DNA from: Podarcis liolepis
Lineage: Eukaryota
DNA: 64,000 bases
NCBI GenBank assembly: GCA_965112155.1
Contig: OZ218098.1
Strand: one strand, 5' to 3'
Positions 14,229-27,677 of this stretch are shown here, piece by piece. The position numbers and the translations under genes were made by a program. Numbering within the stretch: position 1 is the first letter of the stretch; each line of letters opens with the position of its first letter. The notes beneath the pieces were generated by a model. It was not told where the DNA came from and did no database searches. It saw only the letters and a program-made list of their open reading frames with translations.

Positions 14229-14234
14229 TTTATT
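14229..14234 (-). terminator. Candidate ANKZF1 poly(A) signal AATAAA
   Basis: TTTATT on the plus strand, with GU-rich TGTGGTAGGTGTATG downstream on the minus strand. Proximal alternatives at 14562-14567 and 14934-14939. Confidence 0.55.
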
Positions 14235-14993
14235 CATTCACAATACTTTGAGAGGCTGGGGCAGGGGAAGAGAAAGGTATGTAGAAAGGCAAATAAGAAT
14301 GGCTCCAGTTGGAAGCTGCCCAAACAATGCAATGAAAATAGTGGTGGTGGCCATCCAAGGGGTGGCAGAGATTGATGACATGGCACAATACCCCCAACCT
14401 CTATGCAACATTAGAAGGGAGAAATTCTCTGCACCACCTTAAAAAGGACATTTGTTGTATCTTGACTAATAAGCCTTCTTCTATAACTTGTTTTGCAGTA
14501 ACTTTTAGAGACATAGTCAGGGCTAGAGAAAGCAGCTGGTCCATGTTACTGTAGCTATTATTTTATTTGAGGAAATAACTGATCAAATAGTTCTTTTCCT
14601 GGAAAAAAATTCTCATGAGGATTCTGTTAACATTGGTATACTTGGAGCTAGCAAAGAAACCAGTGTCTCACCCTCTTCTCCCCAGTCTCTAAAAGGAACC
14701 TGTACTCCTTTCCTCATGGAAAGCAGTCTTCCAATGCCTCCTCCAACCCCATTTCCCATACATAAAATCCTGCTTCTAGTGTAAAATGGAAGAAAAAAAC
14801 CTTTTAGAGGTGTCATTTCTCAGCCAGTAAGGTACCAGCTGCCCAGGTTAGCCTCCTCTGGAGTACACAGAAGCAGCTAATATGTTTTTGCTGCACTTCC
14901 TCATCTAAGTGACAGCAGTCATAGACTAGATTTTTTATTTCCATTCAGATTCTAGGAAGTAGATCATTAAGGTCCAAATTTTAAAAACCCTAG

Positions 14994-17900
14994 CTAGGAC
15001 AGGGCAGCATTTGCTTGTCGATGAGTTCTCAGACAGTTCGTGGAGCAGAAGGAGAAGTCAAGGTAATGGAAGGGAATGCGGCCCAGTAGCGACTCTCCAC
15101 ATAGCCAACAGCGCCTATAGATACCAAAGAGACAGCATGAGCTTGGGATCATTGTAGTTGGAGGTCATGCCAAAAAGGAACACACCACTCACCCACCTTA
15201 CCTGGTATTGGTAAGAGTTGCACTGGAGTCTTTTAGTTGGGAAGCAAGTCTCCTCTCAGCTGCCAATGCACGCTAAGAAGCAATACACACATACTATTAG
15301 GAATAACATCAAAGAACTGTCCCCCAGGGTCTATAGGGAGAAGTGTCTTCATCCCATTGTACAAAATCTTATGTGAAACAAGCAGTTCACTTAGGAGGAT
15401 GTGCAAGGATGTTCCAGAGCTGGGTCAAACTATAAAAGCAATCTGCTTGTATGTCACATACCAAGTCCAGAGTTAGCCATGTTCCTTTTGTTCAAGGGAG
15501 CTTGTGGAAACTAAAAACTAAACAGATTTCACCAGAGATCTTCCTAACAGGAGGGCGTAAGTATTTTAGTAAAATGCAGCAGAAATGCCCTATGATATTT
15601 AAGTCCATCAGAATAACACACACGGTTTACAGAGCAGGAACAGACTGGTTCAGAGTAGCAGGTTCCAAATTCCTTCCTCAAGGTAACTTTGGCTGTATAG
15701 CAAAGACTCAGGAAGTAGGACAGATCTGTGAGTTATTCTCTATCTCAGGAGGCCTTTCTTAAATATAGGTCATGTCCATGGAAAAGACAGAGATGCCTAC
15801 CTAGATTCAGGACATATCCCAGCATGACAACATTAAGTATATCTTCAAGATCCTCATTACATTCTAAAACAAAAAACCCATTCTGCTTGTCTTGCACAGA
15901 TGGGTTCAGAAATGGCAACAAAAACACTCCAAAGTGGCCGATGTTGCCTGGTTCAGGAAAAACAGTATAATACGTCTTATCAAGTGTCTTTCTCAGGAGA
16001 TGCTAGAACTAGAAGGATATCCACACCAACAGGGATGACCCAATATAACCAACTGTCAGGATAAGGAAAGGAAACGGCAAAATCTTTTCTTTACATGAAA
16101 CCACAGCTTCTCTCAGACAACATTGGTCAAGCGAGCTCTTTGTGATCAGCACAGCAGATGATGCCATGTATCATATCAGGAAACTTGTAGCACCAGAAGT
16201 GATGCCATCATCTGTTAAGTCGCCTTTTCTTCCTTTTAGTCACCTGAGTCTTAGGCTCTCACCTTCTCACGATCACTCAGCAGGGCAAAGCACCGTTTCT
16301 CATCCTCTTCTTGCTCAAGCAGCTGTTGTGCCTCTCGTTTCTCTTTCTCACGCTGCTTCCGCTGGGCCTTTTGTGCTTGGCGGCGTTCTGCCTGTCTGGC
16401 TTCCATTTCTGCCGTCAGGGGTCCAGGCACCTGCAATTACACAGTAGATGTGGATCCAGCAGAAAAGGGCCCGGGCCTGGCAGCAAGTAGCCAGAAGAGA
16501 TCCTGAAAGGGGCTCGAGTCTCCCTTTGTTCTGTGTATGTTGCTGCTCTACTACATCTCTGGATGCAAAATCCCTAGACACCATCAAAATTCATTTCCTT
16601 CCCATCTCTGCTCACTCCAATAGCATATTTAGAGCTGGGAGATTTAAACAAACACACACAAAAATCCTTCATACACATACCCAAAGGTATCTTCCAATTA
16701 AATCAATGCCTGCTTGAGCGAGCATTTGATTAAGAGAAATCCAGGGTGCCTTTTGCACTGAGTGTGAGATTCCAGAGAGATATGCAAAGGATGGGTACGG
16801 GTGGCAGGGTCTAAAAGAGCCCCCCACCCCAAATAGTTAAGTTACGTGGGAATTAGTGGAAGGAAGACAAAAAGGACTCTGGAATTCTTCTTATCAAGCC
16901 TTCCCTTCTTAAACTGCAAGCTGTGCAACTCAAAAACTGTCCAAGGTCAGCAACATACAAGAACAGATAAGGAGTCTTCTGTGGGCAGCTGGCTTGGCCC
17001 AGGATTATCAACTTGCACTTGCCTTCTATTTATTCACAAGTGTAAGCGTCCACATTAGACACTTTCCAATTCTACATACATGCATCCACCCACCTGGGCC
17101 CGGTCGTAATCATATTTCTCAGGCTGTTCACCCCTGAACCTTCGGAATTCATTACGAGTTTGTTTATTGGCAGAAACACAGTATGGAGGCTGTTCCTGTC
17201 TGTCCCTGGGGAGGAAACACAATGTAACTTTAGGTCCAGATCTGTGACCTACACCACAGTTAGGCTGCCGTACGTCCAGATTTCCCCAGACATTACTGGG
17301 ATTTCAAAGGGGGAATTGACCTCCGGGGGGAATTTCCAGAAGGCAGCGCTTTGTCCTGGATCTTAGGAAAGTCAATCAAAAATTCACTTTTTGGGGGGCT
17401 TTTGGGGTGCTCTGGTTGTTATTTTTGGAAATATGGCAACCCTAACCACTGTAGAAGATGACACTGCTGGGAAATGGAAGCAGCATGTGCCACATCACTT
17501 TTGCTGCTTCTACGACTGGGTACTGGAAGTGAGAGAGAAGCCCAAACCATCCCAGACTATGAACAGATTTGAAATTTGTCCCAGAGAGTGGAATGTCCTC
17601 CAGCTTCCTATGCTTGCATAGGTACTTGGACAAAGTGGCCCTCAAGTGCTCTGGCCCTTTGAGAACAACTAATTCTCAATACCTCTGAAAGACCTGGGCT
17701 CAGACTTAATGTGTAACTGAGTCAAGGACAGCTGACACTCAAGAGGAGCAGCTTGAATTTCATGGGGTCAGCAGTTTGACTCAGAGCAGAAGTGCAACTC
17801 AAGAACCAAGTCTTAGGACTCTAGGCATCAATATAGTCTTCTCAAGCTGGGCATTACCTAAGGGATGGGTCAGCCCCTATCTCCAACAGCAGCCGCACAA

Positions 17901-20900
17901 CTGTACTCCTTCCAGCTGCTGCCGCCACATGCAAAAGGGTCCAGCCACTCTCATCCAGGGGTGAGTTGAGCAATTGCTGTGGGGTGATACCATTGCAGTC
18001 ATCTGCTTTATCTGCTGTGCTATTATCTCTCCCCAGAAGATGCTGTAGTGCCTTCAGGTCTCCCATCTTACAAGCTGTGAACAAGGCATCTTGTAACGAT
18101 GTGCTAAGACCTAGAGGAAGGAAGGAAGAGTCTCACATTAACCATGAAATATCCATGTTACCTATAAGGGTAAACAGAATGTCAAGTCTTGGATCTGCCA
18201 CTCCCTTAACCAGCACAGGCTTCCAACCTACAATAATGGCCCAAATGGCAAGTTGTTGTAGAACCCCTTATTATAAAACGGAGTGGGGAAGTGCAGATCT
18301 TGCTGATGCTCACACAACCACCCCCAAACTCACCATCATATTTCAGACAATTCTGGGTCTTGGGTGACTCCTCTGTTCTGGGCAACAAAGCCTTGGGCTC
18401 TTTCACACCTCCTGAAGTCTCAGTGGAGGACTCTGCTTCAAAAGAAAGAACATGCAAGGTGTTGTTTCCTCTCCAGTTCATTTTAGTCTATCAGTACCAT
18501 TCTGATCCCCGTAACTTTGTCTGGAATGACCCAGAAATGCATGAATGATGGATTCAGATGAACTAACCAGCATGCAGGACCCATGTTCTAAAAGCCCACC
18601 CCTCTCTCCCAACTTGCTCCAAGTGTCACTAACATCATGGCTAATAGGATGCAGCATGAGGAGAGCAGTCCCAGAGAACCATCAGTTTTGTGATGCTGAT
18701 ACTGTTCCACACAAACAGAAAGACAGGAGAACTGCGGTTCCCTTTTTCTGCTTGGGAACAGCTGATCATCAACGGCACTGCTCTGACTCCAAAGCTGCAG
18801 CAGCAGCTCCTGCTTTTAACCTTAAGACTAGAGATGGATGCAGTCCAACCTATAACACTGAGATGATGCAGATTCAGAAGGGGTAATTTAGAAGGGTGGT
18901 TTAAGACAGCCTTCATTTGCGCTCTCTTAAATCTTTGGAACCATCTCAGCTGACACTGACTTCTCTGGGTCTGCGGTGGCTCCTCTTCAGCCACACAAGT
19001 CACCCCATGAAAGGCAGGTAGTATAATGAAATCCAGCACACCTATCAGATTTCACTTTAAAGCCCCAGTCCTCATGAGTAAAGAAAGCAGAACAAAGATG
19101 TGAAAGCACTGCCTGCCAGAAAGTAGAAGAGGGTGGACTCTCTTGCGGCAAGTACAAAACTGATTTCCCCATAATGCAATGTCCCCTCCACCCCGCATCT
19201 GTCTACAGGAATCCTATGTGTTCTATTTTATCATGTCGGTTGCCATTCTTCTATTGCACATTTTTAACCTAGAACAGATTACCTAACAGAGACGGCGGTG
19301 CTTTGATCAGGTAAGATGTTGCCATTTCTGCAAATGCTGAATGCAGTTTGTCCCAGGGGTTTGCTTTAATGGAAAGTCCAATGCTTGCACAACTTTCTTC
19401 CCAAACGGACTGTATTTCAGTTTCTGGGTTGTAGCTTCTGGCTTTCTGTGAACTAAGGTCCCTCTAGATTATGGCCCAGGGCCCATCATGCCTTTCTTAT
19501 CCTGGGAGCCTGCATCTTGATAGGAAGCAGCTGCCAAGGACACCAAACTGGGGGGCTCTGGTCGGTGTCTCTCAAGGCAGGCAAATAATTTAGCCATTCT
19601 AGAAAGAGAATGCACCCACTATCTGTACCTAATAATAGGTCCATTACCTCAGCCACCTACCCATCAGTGTTTTTTGTTTCTTCCTTCTCTTCTTGCGATT
19701 TAATTTTGGTTCCACTTCAAATTCTCGGAGTTCCAGTGTACTCAGTGTCTGCTCTACCAACTCCAGCTGCTGTAGACTTTTCTCTTCCTCCTCCTTCTCC
19801 TCCTCTGGCTTTGCTGCAGAGACTGTAAGAAAACGGGATCGCGGTTAAGCCTTTCCTTCTCAGCTTCTGATGAACAAAGTAGGGATCATTCAATGAACTT
19901 GAGGATTGGGGTATGGAAGGTGATCCAAATCAGCCTATCAGTCCTCCGTCAGCTGAACTGCAGCCACTGTTAGATCACATCCTACACATTAGCAGCCACC
20001 ATCGTGATTTCAGCATTTTCCTGCCTGCAGCCCTCTTTCAGGGCTCTCCATAAAGCCATTTCCCAGTGGAGGCAGAATCCCCTGCTTTACTGCTTTCAGC
20101 AGCCCATAGTGGTCTTTCCACCCAATAGCCTAGGTAATTATGATGGTAAAAAGTGAACATAGCATCTGCAGTGGATGAAGGATTGCTACAAGGGTAAGGA
20201 TGGCAAGGCTCTCCAACTCACTAGTGTCTTGACTCTGTGAAGATGCTTCATCCAAAGGAAGGACCTTTTTCCAGCTCTTCCGAGGGGAGGAAATCAAATC
20301 TGCCACTGCTGTGTCTTTGCCTGCCAAAAGAATCAGAATTGTGTTTTCTAGGATGGAAATCCTCTTGGTTTCATACCCTCCACTCCCACACCTAATGGCA
20401 GATTTCTAGATAGACAATTCACAGTGGCCCAATTCCAGCAAGAGCAAAAAAGCTAAAAGAAACAAACAAGGTCAGAATAGAGATATGGGAGGGAAATGAC
20501 ACACACTCCAATACTCCACCCCATCCCTGGGCCTCCACATCTCTAGGCGAGAACCAAGATTATAGTCAGAAACAGTATACACAAAGACTTTGGAGCATCA
20601 TTTCAAGTACTTGGGGACTAAAAGCTGTGCTCACCATACACTTGCAGACTGCTCAGAACCCCATGCACCCGCTGCACCTCGTGGAAGGTGGCTCTCCGGG
20701 TGCTGAAAGGAATGCCCCGGATACGGGGATCATCTCGCTGAAGAGGGCTATTTTTGCTGCCAAAAAAACGAGCTCGGTTGGTGCGAGGGGCACGAAGGAA
20801 GATACACTCTGCTCCTTGCAAATGCCCTGTCCAGCTGGCCAACAACTCCTGAATATCCTGCAGGAAAAGACAAGTATAACAGGTAGGCCCATCGTTGTTG

Positions 20901-23900
20901 CCTTTAGTGCAGCCGAAGTAACCACAATGAAGGCTGAGTTGCATAGGGTCTGAATGTAACCATTGGTCACCTATTTCCAAGAGATCCCCAGTGCCATTTA
21001 TACATAAAATATATCATTTCAAAAGAGAGAATGCAGAAACAGTCTGAATGGTATGGAAGAGCTTCATTTCAATATGGAATCTGCAGCAAGAAGGGATTAC
21101 TTAGAGATACCCAGTGCAATGCCTTCCAGATGTGGTTGGACTCCAACTCCCATCAGCCCCAGCCAACAGGGCCAATGGTCAAGGATGATGGGACTCATTG
21201 ATGGACTGCATCTGGAAGACACCACATTGCCTGCCCTGGTCTACATCATTGGGACTAGAGTGGTCTATCCTCCTCTTCTGTCACTGTTTTAATGCACAGA
21301 CTACTGACAAGAACTGGCATAGACTTGCAGTAAAAGTCAACTGCATCTTTCCTTTGTGAAGGCAGAACAGCTGGGACAATCTTACTCAAACAGCAAAGCT
21401 CTCAAATAGCTGTCACCTTTTCATTTTGTGTGTTCACCCTTGGTTCTACTAGGGTCCGCACTCACCTTGAGCAAGGCAGCCTCATTGTAGCGCCGCAGTG
21501 TGGCCCCAGCTGATTTTGGCATAGACCCTTGAGCATCTCTCACTCCTTGGGCTGTCCCTCGGCGAGCTCGCACTGTATACCGATGGAACGTCTTATGCTC
21601 CAGCACCTCATTTCTGGGAAGAAAGTGACGGTAAGCCTACAGCAAAGACCGACATCCAGAATAATCATCTTAGCATGAATGTCTTCACTAGGAACCAAGT
21701 CTAGCCAAAATGGACTCAGGTTTTATCCATACCAGGAATATGGAACCTGAGGCCTTCTAGATGTTGCTGGACTCCAACCACCACTGGTCCCAACTAGAAT
21801 GGCCAATGGTCAGGGATGATGGGGCTCTGTAGTCTGACACTATCCGGAGGGCCACAGGTTCCCCACTCTTTTGTAGGCAATATTGAGATGGATGGATCAG
21901 ATGTCTTCATTCGTGTTAGGCTGAAGTGGCTTAGGAAAGGATGAAGACCTTTTATCTCACATCCTCAAGCTCACAAAATGGGCTGCTTGATATTGCATGC
22001 ATCCATGAAGACCTCAAGTTTCTCCAGGGAGGAAGTGCTGGTGAGTCAGTATTGAGTGGAGACTGTTTTTGCACACACACATTATGTGGTTGTTCTTGGC
22101 TGAATTTGCTTTGCCTCATCATGATTATGCTTTGCGTCCACTTCTAGCCTTCCTGCCTACTGATAAACTCCTTGAATCCAGGGGATGGAGAACCTGTGGC
22201 TCTGAATATGATGTTGGACTACATCTCCAACATCCACCTGGGCATTGGTCATGTTGGCTGGAGATGATGGGAGTTGGAATCCAACATCAGGAAGGCCAAA
22301 GGTTCCTCATCTGATTTGCACCTTGAATGGGGTCCAGCAGATTACAGATATAAAGCACTCTACATTCCCCACCCACCCAATCTCTCTCTTCATGAACTTC
22401 CAGGAAACTGCTTAGTGGAGACCATGAGATGAGCATTAACACTGGCCTGGAAGCACATGTGGGATCGTGGTTTATCAGCCTTCTGACACAGTCACACTCT
22501 TAAGGCAGCTGTTACAGCTCGCAAGTTGACCCGCATGACAGACACCCCCCTCTGTGTTCTTACCCCTTAAAGACAGCTCCTGCAAAGTGTCCCCCGCCAG
22601 CCATTAGGATCACCCAGGAGGTTCCTGAGCTCTGTTTCTGAAGGGACGTCACTAGCTCTTCAGGCTCCTCCACACTGCCCTGGATGGACAAAAGACCCCT
22701 TCAGTTAGCGAGAGGTTACTGACTGAGCAATGAGAGCAGCTTTCAGCCTGGCTGTTAAATAGGGATGGGCAGGGTGTTAGCTGGTCCCAAACAGACAAAA
22801 GGATTTCAAGGGATGTTCCCTTCCCACAGAAGTTTTGGAAGTGGGGGAAATGCTTCTTTCATCCTGCAGAAATTCAGGTTTCTTCTAGGAAAGCATCAGG
22901 TACAAACAGAAAGCATAGCTTTCAATGTTTCCCTTTTTTAAAGGGAAATTCCCTTATTCCAAATAGGATTCCTCGCAAGAAAAGGGAAAAGTTGACAGCT
23001 ATGAGAAAGAATAATATCAGGAAAGCAAAATGGGCCAGTTTGATGTTAAAAATTAATGGGCAAGGAAAAGTCAGTCAGGTGACTAGAGGAACTGTGCAGG
23101 ACTCAAGAGAAACCCACACATTTGTGGCAACAAGCCAACACAGGCCCAACTGGCTGAAATTATAATACCTGCTTGGGAGGAAGAGTTTGCAATTAAAGCA
23201 AGATAGGAGGTGGGAAAATTAAGACCAACCACTTTTATGCTTATTGCAACAGACACTAGACTTCCTTTAAAACCTGGCCACAGCATTATCCTCTTGGTGT
23301 GTGTGTGTTCATGATAGGCATTTATCATTTGGTGAGAGACAGCTGGTAACTAAAACAGGAAGGGACCAAAAGCCAGAAAAGGAATGAGGTCCAGTAGGCT
23401 CTTTGTGACATGCCTTCATAATGTTTAGCACACAGCGATAGACTGAGATGAGCTGGCCTTGGGCATTTCTGAACAGAACCCGCTGGGAGCGTCGACATGG
23501 AGAGGGGCTCCGATGACTGCCTTCACTGTTGGGTGGTTCAGATTCATTGTCCAAGTCAGAGTCACTGGAATCCGACCCAGAGATGCTGGAGACATCACCT
23601 GTGGACCAAGGTAGTAACAGAAAAGAAAATCACACAGTCAAGAAGGAAGTGCATCATGTAACGGATTCCAGAAATCCTATTTCTGGAATTTTATATCTGA
23701 AACTCCTGCCCACAAGGCAAAAAGACAGAGCATTCTCATGCAAAGAAGACAGTTTGGACTGGTAAAGCTGGAAAATTCTCTACTTAAGACAGCTCAGGAC
23801 CACAGCAGGGAGGAAATATATGTGTGGATCTAGACAACTGAGCTCCTTTGGACATACATTTGACTAATGGAGTATGTTGTCATAGCTAGAGTCAAACCAA

Positions 23901-26900
23901 AGGGGTCATTATAGTAATGAACTGGGAAATGAACTAGCATCCCATGCTGGATGAGATTGAGTCTAAGGCACCCATCTGAGACTTATTCTACCCAGTCTGT
24001 TAATGAATGGCTTTGAAGCTGGATGCTTGGAATCTTTGTTAAGGCAAAATGGAGCTCATTAGGACCATCAAAGCTCTTGAGTAGTATTCATAGAATAATA
24101 AATTTTAGAGTTGAAAGGGACACCAAGGGTCATCTAGTCCAACCCGCCTCAATGGAGCACTCTCAGCTATTGAACCCATATTGTGTGCCTCTCACCTGCT
24201 TGAGTCTTTGCCTCAAATTCTTCAGCTGTGAGCATGCGGTGACCTAGGAGCCGCTGCTTTAGGTTGAAACGATGCCAATCTAGTCGATAATGCTCAGTCT
24301 GAACAGGAAAAGAAAGGGACAGTGGGAGAGCCAACAAAGGCCACAGTAGTAACTGGTTCAGTGTTCGGCATCTATATCTCAGACTACATAGGGCAGGCAA
24401 AAGCACCTCTTGGCAATGATCCTGAAATACTGAGTGCTTAGTTAAGGACATAAAACAGTATCTGGGTCAGTCCAATATGGAAGTTGCATATCTGTTATTG
24501 CTATGAATCTAGGGACTACAATTCCCATCATAAAAAATCCTATTTTTGTTGTGATTTGGGGGACTTGAAGTCTTAGGAACATAAGAGCAGTCCTGATAAA
24601 CTGGACCAAAGGTTCATCTTAGTTCAGCATTCTGCTCTCATAGTGGCTAATTAGATACCTATGGGAAGCCTGCAAACAGGACCTGAGCACAACAACACTC
24701 TCCCCACTTGTGATTCTCAGCAATTGGTATTCAGACATATTGCCTCCAATAGTAGAGGCAGAACATAGCCATTAAGACTGGGTGCCATTGATAGCCTTAT
24801 TCTCTATTACAGGGGTGGGGATTCTTCAAACCATGGGTCTAATTGGATCCACGAGGCTGTTTTCTTCAACATGCCCACTTCCAAACCTCACTTCATATGT
24901 GACATGAGATTTGGGGCAGGTAAGCAGATGCTTACAAAAGAACAATTGGGAGCTTAAAGTGAGTGCTTGATTGTCCCTATGCAAGCAAGGCTTGCTGACA
25001 GTCCTGAGCAGCACTGTTAATGAGCATCTTTGAAGGCATACTTTGACTGACAGCGAACCTTAAAAAAGCCTTGCAGCAAGTCCCTTTGAAGTCCTTTGCG
25101 GGTGCAATTTGAATCCAAACTGCACCTGCAAACAGACAACAAAGAAGCTTGCTACCACAGATTAGCTGCCTAGCAGTTACAGCTTGGTTAAAGAAATTGG
25201 CCTGGGGAGGATGGAGGAATTAAGGATCTGGCCTGCAGACTGGATCCAGTTCCCCACCCCTGAGTTTGTCTAATCCTCTTTAAGGCCAACCAAGTTTGTG
25301 GCCCTCACTACATCCCAGGAGAAAAAATAGCATAGTTTTAACTATATGAAAAAGTCCTTCCTTTTGCCTGCCCTAAATCTTCCATCAATCAGCTTTATTA
25401 GATGACTCAGAGTTCTAATATTACTTTTTTAATTTATATTTTTATACTTTGATGTTCAAAAAAGCAAAAATGCCAAAAGAGAGGGGAGAAAGAATGTGTT
25501 ATATCAATGAGAAACAATTTTATGTACAAAATTATCTATCCCATTTTCATTCAGTACTGAATAAACAAGGGCCATCTCTTGATAAAACAATGTTGCAAGC
25601 TGTTACTTATAGCTTCCCTTTTATATATTAACTGTGGGAGTAATTCAACACTGGTTGTTCTGTCAGTGCAAACATTTCAGCTTTGAAGTCCCAACAACCA
25701 GCTGACAAATTGGACTTCCGAGTGCAGCGCATGGGATCAAACTACACAACACTTTGAAGCCCTGATGATCGACTGATTGTTGGAACTTTAAAGCACTAGA
25801 TCACCAGTCATTGTGAGGTGATTGAAAGGAGAGGTGGCTCCACCCACCTGTCAAATTTCACCAGTGCAGAGGGTAGGTAGGTTAATTGGGGGGGTATTGG
25901 GTTGTTTTTGTTTTAATTATGTATGTTGTGTTTTTATATTGTGATTTTATCCTGTGAACTGTCCTGAGACCTGCAGGTATAGGGCAGTATACAAATGTAA
26001 TAAATAATAATAATATTAGTAGTAGTAGTAGTAGTAGTAGTAGTAGCAGCAGCAGCAGCAGTAGTAGTAATAAGGATAAGGATCTGGCCCACTGGCCATA
26101 TCCAGATTCATGCCGTTGATCTACTGGATACTGCATTTCATCTGAGGACAAGAGACAAATGGATTTTTGCACCATCCTGTTTCCATAGAAAGCACTGTTC
26201 AAAAACATTCAGCAACACCCACCTGCTCCTCTCTATTGTCAAAGGCTTTTGAGCAGGCAGAGCAGTACATCCTGTCTGACACCTCTAAGATCCTACTAGG
26301 TCGATCTGCTCCCTTAGTCACTGTAGTGAACAGAATGAAAATGAACACAGTTACTGGCACAAATACAGTTATGTATGAAGGAATGTAAATCTTTATTTAA
26401 CACAACTCAAATGTATAACACCTCAGCGAATTCTGAGGGGCTTAAGAATGTGAAAATCCTGATACAGAAGGCTGCATATCTTAAACATTAGAATGAAAAC
26501 CAAAAAAAAAAGGAATTGAGAAATATTGTGTGTGAGAGAGTATCACTAACACCTCAATAGGAAGAATCCTGGATGGAATACACAAACAGCCCCAGTATTT
26601 AGTTTAAACATAACTGGTTTTAACTAATTGACAAAGATGCAAAATTACTAAAGTGGCACACTGATGATGTCATAAAGTGACACACTAACAAACACAAAAG
26701 GAAACCATGGTTTCTCATTACATGAATAAGCCACAGAAAGCCTACAGCTTCCTCTTTTTGTGGTCATGAGGATAAAATCAGAAGCATTTGATTCCCATTT
26801 TAAACTAAAAGTTTTCCAAGATGTTTGAGCTTCGGGAATTGTTGCTTGGTTACCAAGAACAAGCCAAGATCAAACTGTGGTTTCAAATCCTTATGTGTTT

Positions 26901-27117
26901 TCACCAACTGTAGTTTTAAACTCATGAGTCATGAACTCTGCAAACCTGGTGAACCCTTGGCCAGAACCCTTTCCCAGATATATGGCCCTTTAAAAGCAGT
27001 ACCTGGAATGGCCACCGATGTGACATCTCCTGATGATTCCGTTACAAGGCAAAGTCCATTCATTAAAGCTGCATTCTGAGCTGCATCAAACACAGACAAG
27101 GTCTCAGCAGGCTGCAT
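14994..27117 (-). CDS. ANKZF1: ANKZF1/Vms1 tRNA endonuclease (peptidyl-tRNA release factor), 690 aa; coding exons 27003-27117, 26223-26320, 24196-24298, 23414-23598, 22564-22679, 21466-21613, 20635-20857, 20222-20320, 19661-19822, 18334-18432, 17858-18110, 17094-17205, 16263-16430, 15202-15272, 14994-15114
   Basis: Exons join in phase to 2073 nt, with one GC donor. C2H2 finger CSAC..F......HYRLDWH; VLRF1 motifs [49 protein letters not shown]; ankyrin repeats ([21 protein letters not shown]); coiled coil; [14 protein letters not shown]; C-terminal CWLC...FCSTNC finger. The two acidic linker exons are the least certain. Confidence 0.92.
17261..17444. mobile_element. hAT-type MITE in an ANKZF1 intron
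   Basis: Termini TAGGCTGCCGTA / TATGGCAACCCTA; 8-bp TSD ACCACAGT / ACCACTGT. Confidence 0.75.
22680..23413 (-). other. GC-AG intron in ANKZF1
   Basis: Exon ends ...ATGAAG|GCATGT in phase 0, and the next exon starts in phase 0 after TCCATCCAG. No convincing phase-0 GT donor nearby. Confidence 0.75.
22914..23003. mobile_element. 90-bp palindromic MITE
   Basis: Termini CATAGCTTTCAA / TTGACAGCTATG, flanked by direct repeat AGAAAG. Confidence 0.7.
24575..25420 (-). mobile_element. CR1-like LINE 3' fragment interrupted by an inverted-repeat element (24810-25262)
   Basis: CR1-like 3' sequence resumes on both sides of an insert bounded by CAGGGGTGGGGA / TCCCCACCCCTG. Family assignment by recognition only. 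Confidence 0.5.
26003..26070. repeat. (AAT)n(TAG)n(CAG)n compound trinucleotide repeat, probably a LINE tail
   Basis: Read directly from the sequence. Confidence 0.9.
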
Positions 27118-27452
27118 GATCTGAGGGAGAAAGAGAGAAAATCAGCAAGCTTTTTTGGAAAGGGACCCTTCACTCCTATGGTTAACAACACATCCAGCTG
27201 TTATATCTCTATAACCAATAAGGAGTTATGAAAAATCTCCTTTGTCCTCAAGGGACAAATGCAAAAAACAGCCCCCACCCCCCAGGGCTGGATTTCTGTG
27301 TCTGTAACACACAGAAAGTATAATTTTTACAATAGGTGCAGCTTTCTCCTATTTCTCCTATTGACAATGAAGTTGCACCCTTCATTCTCCTTTCCACGGG
27401 CAGCAATTCTTAGGGGGACATATTATTCCAAGCCTATACCAGATATGACAAA

Positions 27453-27677
27453 CAGTGGTACCTTGGGTTAAGTACTTAATTCGTTCCAGAGGTCCATTCT
27501 TAACCTGAAGCACCACTTTAGCTAATGGTGCCTCCCGCTGCTGCCACGCTGCCAGAGCACGATTTCTGTTCTCATCCTGAAGCAAAGTTCTTAACCCAAG
27601 GTACTATTTCTGGGTTAGCGGAGTCTGTAACCTGAAGCGTATGTAACCTGAAGTGTATGTAACCCGAGGTACCACTG
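27453..27677. mobile_element. Tc1/mariner-pogo-type MITE
   Basis: TIRs CAGTGGTACCTTGGGTTA / TAACCCGAGGTACCACTG with TA on the right flank. Second copy at 53086-53311. Confidence 0.85.

Noticed and set aside
17163-17168. AATAAA on the minus strand within an ANKZF1 exon
   Set aside because: It encodes Asn-Lys in coding sequence; no evidence of use as a poly(A) signal.
19282-19598. Possible extra ANKZF1 exon with a good minus-strand acceptor at 19600-19599
   Set aside because: Needs a 62-nt intron and has an in-frame TGA. The flanking exons already join in phase. A poison exon cannot be supported without reads.
25882-26208. Poly-Leu ORF, and poly-Ile/poly-Asn ORFs near 58800
   Set aside because: Translations of trinucleotide microsatellites.
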